Positions 56,625-64,000 of a stretch of 64,000 nt of DNA are shown here, one piece after another. The notes below the pieces were generated by a model. That model was not told where the DNA came from, did not search any database, and saw only the letters and a list, made by a program, of their open reading frames with translations. How positions within the stretch are numbered: the first letter of the stretch is position 1; each line of letters starts with the position of its first letter. Source of the DNA: a bacterium. Its GTDB lineage: Bacteria > UBA8248. The stretch is from assembly GCA_965203325.1 (NCBI GenBank), contig OZ241875.1:1-64000 (forward strand), in the 5' to 3' direction. The position numbers were made by a program, and so were the translations under genes.

Positions 56625-59309
56625 ATGTCCCCTCCTAAAGGCACCCTGCAAGCCAGGAAAGAAAAAAATACATCCGGCAAAAGTAACCCTGGCCCTTCTC
56701 CTGCGATGCGCCAATATCTGGAAATGAAAAGACGCTACCCGGACGCGATACTGTTTTTCCAGTTGGGTGATTTTTTCGAAATGTTCTATGAAGACGCGAA
56801 ACTCGGGGCGAAAGTGTTGGAACTCGCGTTAACATCGCGCCAGAGTGATGACAAGGGACCTATCCCGATGTGTGGTGTGCCTTGTCATTCGGCCTCCTCC
56901 TATTGTGGGCGATTGCTGGAAGCGGGCTACAAAGTCGCCATATGTGAGCAGGTGGAAGACGCAAGAGAAAGTAAGGGAGTTGTAAAACGTGAGGTAACTC
57001 GAGTCCTGACCCCAGGCACTTCGATTGCCGACCTCGAGTTGCTTGATAGCAAGGAATCTCAATACTTGGCGGGGATCACCGTATCGGCCAGAGAAGGAGA
57101 GACGCTTTGGGGAATGGCATGGCTCGATAGTTCGACCGGTGAGTTTTGTGCAACGCAGGTGGAAGGCGATGCTGCCGAGACGCTGATTTATAATCAATTG
57201 GAGAGGCTCTCTCCTCGCGAACTTATTTTCCCGGATGCATTTTCCCCTCCAGATGGGTTGAAAAACAAAATTGATGAGCTAAGCATTCATGTTGAAAAAA
57301 GACCGGACGCCACTTTTTGTGAGTCACTTGATGCCAAAAGCCTGGGTCCCGCATTTGCGGATGAAGCGAATGTTCTGGCGTATCCGGTAGCAGCAGATTC
57401 CGCCGTAGGTGTTTTAACGTATCTCAAAGAAAACCAGCCTGGAGATTTTCCCCATCTCAAGCCTGTCTTTTTCTCTAGACTCTCAGACTCCATGATTCTC
57501 GATACAGCCACGTTGCGAAATTTGGAAATTACCCGTTCGGCAGTGGATCGGGGGAAACGGGGCACTCTGTTCGGTTTGCTGGATGAAACGTCAACGGGTA
57601 TGGGGGGACGGCTGCTGAAAAAATGGGTGCTTTCACCATTGATTCAAAAAAAAGCCATCGAATATCGCGCCGAATCAGTAGAAGAACTCGTGAACAATTC
57701 CGAAATCCTGAATAGACTCAAAAAAACCCTTGAACCTATTCAAGATATCGAGCGGCTTCTCGGACGCGTGGGTTCTCAGACTGCGAATGCCCGAGATATA
57801 GCTGGCCTGGGCGGATCTTTGGCCATATTGCCGGAAGTTTATGAGGCGCTCGAAGGGATGGCTTCTGAATTGTTTTGTTCCGTCCGGTCGGGCTGGGATT
57901 CACTCGAGGACGTAGCGTTGGAACTGAAGAACGCGATTGTAGATGACCCGCCCGTTTCCATTCGAGAAGGTGGAATATTTCGAACTGATTACGACCCGGA
58001 ACTTGCCCGCCTGAGAAAGGCGCAGCAGGAGGGTGATTCGTGGCTCAAGAATTACGAAAGCGGGGAAAAAGAACGAACGGGGCTGCCTCTGAAAATCGGG
58101 TTCAACCGCGTTTTTGGATATTATCTGGAGATTCCCAAACGCTTCAGTGAGCAGGCGCCGATGGAATATACGCGCAAGCAGACCCTCGTTTCTGCCGAGC
58201 GATACATCACTTCCGAGTTGAAAAAGATGGAAGAAGACCTACTCGGCGCGGAGGAAAAAGCCCATCACCTCGAGTTCATGCTTTTCGGGCGCTTAAGAAC
58301 GCAAATATCTCAACACGCCAAGCGAATACTTGCCGCCGCCGAGAGGATAGCGATTCTGGATGCCGTTTTGTCCATGGCACTCGTTGCGCGCAAATTCGGA
58401 TATGTCAGACCCCGAATTATGGATTCTACCGATCTGGAAATCATGGAGGGGAGGCATCCCGTCATAGAGGCGGAGAATCCTGGTCTCTCTTTCGTGCCGA
58501 ACGATTTGTCGATCCGTGACGACCGCCGAATACTCATTATCACAGGGCCGAATATGGCCGGTAAATCCACTTACCTGCGCCAAACGGCACTCATCATTCT
58601 AATGGCGCAGATTGGCAGTTTCGTACCAGCCAAGAGCGCGAAAATCGGTTTGGTTGACAGGGTGTTCACTCGCGTTGGTGCGCATGACCGACTTTTGGAG
58701 GGGCAAAGCACCTTCATGGTGGAGATGGTGGAAACGGCCACCATATTAAGAGAGTCGACCCGGAAGAGTTTCATCGTCCTGGACGAGGTCGGGCGAGGTA
58801 CGAGCACCTATGATGGCGTCAGCATTGCATGGTCAATTGTTGAGTATCTTCATAACAAGGTCCAGCACAGGGCGAGGACTTTGTTTGCGACCCATTATCA
58901 TGAGTTGGCCGAACTCTCAAAAGAGCTCGCTTGCGTGAAAAACTTGACGGTCGAGGTCCGGGAGTGGGGCGATGAAATCGTTTTCTTGCGAAAAGTAACC
59001 GATGGCAGTTGCGATAGAAGCTACGGCATTCAGGTAGGCAGGCTGGCGGGACTTCCGGAAGAGGTTATCGACCGAGCCAAGACGTTGCTCTCCAGATTTG
59101 AGAGTACGGAGACGACCTCTCGTTCCAGCGACGAAAAATCCAATCTGGAAAATCGCTGGGACAATGGGCAATTGCCTTTGTTTTCAGGAACAGAATCGAA
59201 AATTGAAAATTTGTTGAAAAGCATCGATCCGGATTCCATGACACCTCGCCAAGCTCTCGAAACCCTGTATGAACTCAGGGAAATCATGGCAAACGTTGAG
59301 CAGCGATAA
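56625..59309 (+). CDS. mutS: DNA mismatch repair protein MutS
   Basis: GDFFEMF, ITGPNMAGKST, STFMVEM, DEVGRGTST, FATHYHEL and SYGIQV. Confidence 0.97.
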   Translation: MSPPKGTLQARKEKNTSGKSNPGPSPAMRQYLEMKRRYPDAILFFQLGDFFEMFYEDAKLGAKVLELALTSRQSDDKGPIPMCGVPCHSASSYCGRLLEAGYKVAICEQVEDARESKGVVKREVTRVLTPGTSIADLELLDSKESQYLAGITVSAREGETLWGMAWLDSSTGEFCATQVEGDAAETLIYNQLERLSPRELIFPDAFSPPDGLKNKIDELSIHVEKRPDATFCESLDAKSLGPAFADEANVLAYPVAADSAVGVLTYLKENQPGDFPHLKPVFFSRLSDSMILDTATLRNLEITRSAVDRGKRGTLFGLLDETSTGMGGRLLKKWVLSPLIQKKAIEYRAESVEELVNNSEILNRLKKTLEPIQDIERLLGRVGSQTANARDIAGLGGSLAILPEVYEALEGMASELFCSVRSGWDSLEDVALELKNAIVDDPPVSIREGGIFRTDYDPELARLRKAQQEGDSWLKNYESGEKERTGLPLKIGFNRVFGYYLEIPKRFSEQAPMEYTRKQTLVSAERYITSELKKMEEDLLGAEEKAHHLEFMLFGRLRTQISQHAKRILAAAERIAILDAVLSMALVARKFGYVRPRIMDSTDLEIMEGRHPVIEAENPGLSFVPNDLSIRDDRRILIITGPNMAGKSTYLRQTALIILMAQIGSFVPAKSAKIGLVDRVFTRVGAHDRLLEGQSTFMVEMVETATILRESTRKSFIVLDEVGRGTSTYDGVSIAWSIVEYLHNKVQHRARTLFATHYHELAELSKELACVKNLTVEVREWGDEIVFLRKVTDGSCDRSYGIQVGRLAGLPEEVIDRAKTLLSRFESTETTSRSSDEKSNLENRWDNGQLPLFSGTESKIENLLKSIDPDSMTPRQALETLYELREIMANVEQR

Positions 59310-59436
59310 CAGCAGGGCCAGGTCGCAGCGCATAATCCGGAAGTGCTTCACGGACATGAAGCCAGGGAAGTCAAACAAGGTATTGAGAGCTTTTTTCATA
59401 TGCGATAGCATTGAATTTCAAGGCCAAGGGGAGCAT

Positions 59437-60042
59437 ATGTTATCTAACGCCCGGAAAACATTTGTTCTTAGGAAACTTGCCATAGCCATCTGTATGATTT
59501 TCGCTTTGGCGGGACCGGCGATTTCCGCAACAGATAGCCAAGATGGAATTCGGATAAAAGATATTATTGTTATCAAGAAGAATGGGCGGTTGCTTGTTTT
59601 TGGTTCTCTTTTGGGTGCATTTTCGCCGAAATTGTTGGAAGCTATTCATAGCGGTGTAACGACGAAGTTCATCTTTGACGTAAGTCTCTTGCGCACTCGC
59701 AAGCTGATTTATGATTTGGAAGTCACCTCGCGGCAATTACATCACCAAGTGAAATATAGCGCCTTGAAAAAAACATACACTTTTCATCTCAAAGAAGGGG
59801 AAAAAGAGATCGAGAGAAAAGTGACGAAAAGCCAAGGCGAAATGACGGACTGGATGCGCGAGCTGAATGGCGCGCCCATTGTCCCTGGCAAGGTCTTGCC
59901 CCCAAATAGTCGATACTATGTCAAAATCAGAGCGCGGATGAATCATGTTGATTTTGTTTTTCCCTTTAATTACTTGCTTGCTTTTTGGGGGAAGCAGTCT
60001 GATTGGAGCTATTCCCAGACATTTAGTTCTGAAGGAATGTGA
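59437..60042 (+). CDS. DUF4390-like exported protein
   Basis: Signal peptide and L.EAIHSGV...F.F motif. Conserved position upstream of ntrY-like kinases. GGGGAG RBS. Confidence 0.72.
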   Translation: MLSNARKTFVLRKLAIAICMIFALAGPAISATDSQDGIRIKDIIVIKKNGRLLVFGSLLGAFSPKLLEAIHSGVTTKFIFDVSLLRTRKLIYDLEVTSRQLHHQVKYSALKKTYTFHLKEGEKEIERKVTKSQGEMTDWMRELNGAPIVPGKVLPPNSRYYVKIRARMNHVDFVFPFNYLLAFWGKQSDWSYSQTFSSEGM

Positions 60043-60045
60043 ATT

Positions 60046-62307
60046 GTGCATCCAACGCGACTGAATCAGGAGATCTCTTCGCGCCGACGAAGAACACTTC
60101 TGCGATCCTTCATCGCTTTGATCATCATTGCGACTCTTTCGTTTACGGCTTGGATTTACTTCAAAGAGCTTGAGCCGGAAGTCCCACTGTTAAACAATGT
60201 TGTCGTATTTGCGCTAGTGAATCTGAGCATCATTCTGCTCATGGTGGTTATTCTCCTGGTAGCAAAGCACTTGGTGCGTCTTTACTACGAGGGGAGAACG
60301 GGTGCCGGTCGTTCACGCTTGCAATTAAAACTCGTATTGGCGTTTGTCGGATTTACGCTCATCCCTGTAGTGGCTCTTTTCGTGGTGGCCAGCGGTTTGA
60401 TTAACCAAAGTTTTAATGCTTTGTTCAACATGAACGTGGAGAGAGCGCTCAAAGGCTCTTTCGAGGTGGCTCAAACGTATTATCGCGAGGTGGAGCGAAA
60501 CACGCTGTTCAGCGCGAGTCGCCTTGCGCTGACGTTGGAGAAGACACGACCTGATATAATAACGAACTCCAAGGCGGCTGAAAAAACATTGGAGGCCGAG
60601 AGAAAGAACTTGGGGGTGGATTTCATCCAACTCTACGATAGGGAGCGGAAGGAGATCGTATCGGTCAGGCGCCCGGGGTTGGCGCAAGCCACAACGTTTT
60701 CGCCACTGGTGGGATACGTAGATCAAGTGATTGATGGGGAGTCGCGCTCAAGTATAGAGAATTGGGAAAAAGGAGATGTCATCTATGGCGTGGCGCCTTT
60801 GAAGAGTCAAAAAAAAGTGGTGGGGTTTATCGTCGTATCCAAATACGTGCCTGATCGACTTGTGGCGAAGATCAGAGGCATATCGGACTCCTTTGTGAAC
60901 TATAAAGAGTTGGAACTGTCCAAGAATCCAATCAAAGCAAACTACATCATTACTTTCTTGGTGGTTACTTTGCTCATTCTCTTTGCGGCCATCTGGTTCG
61001 GCTTCTACCTCGCTCGAGGGATTACGGTTCCCATTGAGAAATTGGCGGAAGCTACAAGGGCGGTGTCGGATGGCGACCTCGAACATCGCGTGGATGCGCA
61101 GGCAGATGGCGAAGTGGGGATTTTGGTCAACGCATTTAACAGCATGACGGAGGAATTGTTGGCCAACAAGGAAAAAATCGAAGAATCTTCTGAAATCTTG
61201 AGCCGTTCCAACCTGGAAATCGACAGAAGACGCAGGTATATGGAAGCGATGCTCGAAAATATCGGAGCGGGTGTAATATCAATCAATCGCCGAGGGCGCG
61301 TTACTATCCTCAACAAAGCAGCCGGGGAGTTGCTGAGGATTGAACCGCAGAATGCCGTAGGGCAAATGTTCAGCGAGGTTTTCGAAAGCACACATCTTGA
61401 GCCTGTTCGTCAGTTGATGCGCTCTATGCGAGCCCGAGAACACCAAAGCGCTTCGGAGCAAGTGGAGGTCATGATTGATGGCCGTGTGCTGACACTACGC
61501 GCGAGCTTGACTCTGCTGAAGAGCGCAGATGGCGGCAGACTTGGTGCCGTCATTGTGTTTGATGATATGACGGCTTTGATACGGGCTCAAAAAGTGGCCG
61601 CATGGCAGGAAGTGGCCCGTGGCATCGCGCACGAGATCAAAAATCCACTTACGCCGATTCAACTTTCTGCTCAGAGAATGAGACGAAAATTTGATAATGA
61701 GGCCTATGATTTTACCGAAGTATTTGAATCTTGCACGGATACTATTATCAATCAGGTAACAAGCCTGATTGATATGGTGGATGAATTCAGCCGATTCGCT
61801 CGCATGCCGGAGCCGAGATTGAGGCTCTGCGGGTTTGTCCCCCTCATTGAGGATGTTGCAAATTTATATCGTGGCAGGAAGGGGGATGTGAAATTTTCGA
61901 TTCATATCGATGTTGGGAATGCTGCTGTCATGGCGGATCCCGAGCAGTTGCAGCGCGTGTTTATCAATTTATTGGAAAATGCCTTTGAATCCCACGATGT
62001 CGAGGGCGAGATTGATTTGCAAGCGTGGAGTGATAAAGACAGAAATATGATAGTTGTTGAAGTTGCCGACCAGGGGCAAGGTATATCGGAAGATGTGAAA
62101 GGCCATATATTCTCGCCTTACTTTTCGACAAAGGATAGAGGCACCGGGTTGGGCTTGGCTATATGTCACCGCATTGTGGCGGATCACAATGGAACAATAG
62201 GCGTGCGAGATAACCATCCGTCTGGTTCCATTTTTCGCGTAACGTTGCCACTGGCGCCTGCTGTGGACATCACGCCCGAAAAGCAAAGGACGGCTTCCAT
62301 TGGATAA
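60046..62307 (+). CDS. ntrY: NtrY-like sensor histidine kinase (HAMP, PAS)
   Basis: TM segments, HAMP and PAS. AWQEVARGIAHEIKNPLTPIQLSA, EFSRFARMP, DQGQG and GTGLGL. Confidence 0.92.
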   Translation: MHPTRLNQEISSRRRRTLLRSFIALIIIATLSFTAWIYFKELEPEVPLLNNVVVFALVNLSIILLMVVILLVAKHLVRLYYEGRTGAGRSRLQLKLVLAFVGFTLIPVVALFVVASGLINQSFNALFNMNVERALKGSFEVAQTYYREVERNTLFSASRLALTLEKTRPDIITNSKAAEKTLEAERKNLGVDFIQLYDRERKEIVSVRRPGLAQATTFSPLVGYVDQVIDGESRSSIENWEKGDVIYGVAPLKSQKKVVGFIVVSKYVPDRLVAKIRGISDSFVNYKELELSKNPIKANYIITFLVVTLLILFAAIWFGFYLARGITVPIEKLAEATRAVSDGDLEHRVDAQADGEVGILVNAFNSMTEELLANKEKIEESSEILSRSNLEIDRRRRYMEAMLENIGAGVISINRRGRVTILNKAAGELLRIEPQNAVGQMFSEVFESTHLEPVRQLMRSMRAREHQSASEQVEVMIDGRVLTLRASLTLLKSADGGRLGAVIVFDDMTALIRAQKVAAWQEVARGIAHEIKNPLTPIQLSAQRMRRKFDNEAYDFTEVFESCTDTIINQVTSLIDMVDEFSRFARMPEPRLRLCGFVPLIEDVANLYRGRKGDVKFSIHIDVGNAAVMADPEQLQRVFINLLENAFESHDVEGEIDLQAWSDKDRNMIVVEVADQGQGISEDVKGHIFSPYFSTKDRGTGLGLAICHRIVADHNGTIGVRDNHPSGSIFRVTLPLAPAVDITPEKQRTASIG

Positions 62308-64000
62308 GGGCCATGTGCTTATCGTCGATGATGAGCGTGAAATACTCGTGAGCCTGGAAGATGTCTTGCTGGATGAAGGGTATCGCGTAGAACGGGCCGA
62401 GTCCGGAGAAACTGCTCTTCAGTTGGTCCGGACCGAAGCTCCCGATGTGGTTCTGGTTGATGTGTGGATGCCCGGCATTGATGGAATCAAGACTTTACAA
62501 GCAGTGAAAGAGTCCAACGCAGATATCGAAGTCGTCCTGATGTCGGGCCACGGCAATATTGAGACCGCAGTGGCCGCAACAAAGTCAGGCGCTTTTAATT
62601 TCATTGAAAAACCTCTATCCATTGATACGGTTTTGCGCATAGTCGATTCCGCCGTTCAAGCGCGAAGGGCCAAGGATATTAAGGCGAATAATGTTGGCGA
62701 CGTGATACTTGACGGTGCCAGCAAGCATGTTCAGAGGGTTCGAAGGGCAATCAGGAGAGCGGCGAAAGATATTGGGCCCTTGCTGATTGCAGGTGAAAGG
62801 GGAACCGGCAAGCGTTTTGTCGCAAGGGCGATCCACGAGAACGGCGCCGGAAAAGAAGAAGGCTTTCGGCCTGTTCATTGCCGTTCGCTGTTTCCAATGG
62901 CGGAGATAGGCGAATGGGAAGATGCCCTGGAGCGGCTGGTGCCCGATACCTTTCAAGGGACTATATATCTGGATGGTCTGGAACAGTTGCCCATGGCGGG
63001 GCGTGAAAAATTTCTTGTTCAATTTCTTGAGCGCATAGAGGATTCAAAGCGTTTAATCGTATCCGTTGATTACATAGGAACCCCAAAGGATAAGGCTTAC
63101 GTGCAAGCCTTATCTGATAAAATTGGCGCGGATGTAATACACTTGCCCCCTTTGCGCGAACGCAAAGGGGATATTTTGCCGTTAGCAAACAGATTCTTGA
63201 GTGAATGCGTTGAAGTTGGCGGGCATGAAAAGGAATTTCCTGAGGATGTCATTGCGGTTCTGGAAGACTATGACTGGCCGGGCAATATTGCTGAACTAAA
63301 AGGTGCAGTGACCAAAGCGGCATCCACATCGCAAGGATCGGAGATTCACATCGACCACTTGCCGGACACGATACGCGAGACTTCTGATTTCGAGGTGAGC
63401 ACCTCAAAAAATGATACCCCGTCCAATTTTAATGTGGCCAGAACGCAGTGGGAGAGACAGTACCTCGCCTTCCATCTGGAGGAGCACGGTTGGGATATCA
63501 ATAAGACCGCCAAGGCGGTGGGCATGACGAAACCTGCTTTAATGCGAAAAATTAAAACATACAATATAGAGCCCATATTGCCGGCGTCGACGACGCTAAG
63601 GGAATCAAATCAGAGGAGCATTTCGAAAAGTGTCGTATTGTATGGCCGGGGGCTTCACTCAGGGCTGAAAACCGGATTGATCATCGAGCCTCTGCCACCG
63701 GGGAGCGGGATACAATTCGGCAACCTGACAAGCCCCGATACTGTGAGGGCGAGTGTCGATTTCGTGGATGGCACCAACCATGCGACAAACTTGCGCAATG
63801 GGACTGTGACTGCTCGAACGATTGAGCATCTCATGAGCGCGCTGCACGCATACAAGATAAGCAATATACTCATCAAAATGAGTGAGGAAGTGCCCGTCAT
63901 GGATGGGTCGGCAGTGGAGTTTTGTCGCTTGCTTGAAGAAGCAGGCATTGAAGATCAGAAAGAAAAACGCGAGGACTTGTGGATTGATAAGGCATATGAG
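62300..64000 (+). CDS. Fusion of an NtrX-like response regulator (REC, degenerate AAA+, Fis-type HTH) and LpxC; runs off the 3' end
   Basis: Translated by hand: 567 codons with no stop from TTG 62300. Regulator part has VLIVDDE, VDVWMPGIDG, MSGHG, FIEKP, GERGTGK, LPPLRERKGDI, WPGNIAEL and an HTH. From 63611 it has QRSISKSV..GRGLHSG, TIEHLMSAL and EVPVMDGSA (LpxC). Confidence 0.9.
   Translation, partial: MDKGHVLIVDDEREILVSLEDVLLDEGYRVERAESGETALQLVRTEAPDVVLVDVWMPGIDGIKTLQAVKESNADIEVVLMSGHGNIETAVAATKSGAFNFIEKPLSIDTVLRIVDSAVQARRAKDIKANNVGDVILDGASKHVQRVRRAIRRAAKDIGPLLIAGERGTGKRFVARAIHENGAGKEEGFRPVHCRSLFPMAEIGEWEDALERLVPDTFQGTIYLDGLEQLPMAGREKFLVQFLERIEDSKRLIVSVDYIGTPKDKAYVQALSDKIGADVIHLPPLRERKGDILPLANRFLSECVEVGGHEKEFPEDVIAVLEDYDWPGNIAELKGAVTKAASTSQGSEIHIDHLPDTIRETSDFEVSTSKNDTPSNFNVARTQWERQYLAFHLEEHGWDINKTAKAVGMTKPALMRKIKTYNIEPILPASTTLRESNQRSISKSVVLYGRGLHSGLKTGLIIEPLPPGSGIQFGNLTSPDTVRASVDFVDGTNHATNLRNGTVTARTIEHLMSALHAYKISNILIKMSEEVPVMDGSAVEFCRLLEEAGIEDQKEKREDLWIDKAYE

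Noticed and set aside
63578..64000. lpxC as a separate gene
   Set aside because: No upstream stop in frame. The SD-like AGGAG at ~63614 lies inside the conserved QRS motif with no suitably spaced start.
1..64000. CRISPR arrays, tRNA or rRNA genes, FMN riboswitch before ribD
   Set aside because: I saw no regularly spaced repeats or RNA gene signatures. ribD starts 13 nt after ppdK, leaving no room for a leader.

Overview
This is 64 kb of bacterial chromosome from a diderm, mostly high-GC organism. Gene order resembles Desulfobacterota/Nitrospinota-type lineages, which is an inference. The first ~12 kb mixes three defence-type islets (mcrBC, an AT-rich stand-alone SIR2-like gene, and a type IIG restriction-modification gene with an HTH gene) with redox and metabolic genes. 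One of these is a DsbA/FrnE-like gene with an in-frame UGA in a UxxC motif plus a SECIS-like hairpin, so probably a selenoprotein. At ~20.5-21.9 kb an IS110/IS1111-type element sits inside a GTAG-type REP palindrome. Its right non-coding end carries segments matching both the target and the circle junction, as expected for a bridge/seek RNA. The rest is housekeeping: hisS, aspS, era, rpsU, recO, argS, lipA, alaC, hom, lysC, glyQS, ppdK, the rib operon, nusB, lptE, holA, rpsT, murJ, xerD, phoH, 7TM-HD, ybeY and mutS. The window ends in DUF4390-ntrY followed by an ORF missing from the ORF track (62300 to beyond 64000). That ORF fuses an NtrX-like response regulator in frame to LpxC and is the best candidate for an undescribed system. 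I recognised no tRNA, rRNA or CRISPR array. All calls come from reading motifs by eye; no searches were run.
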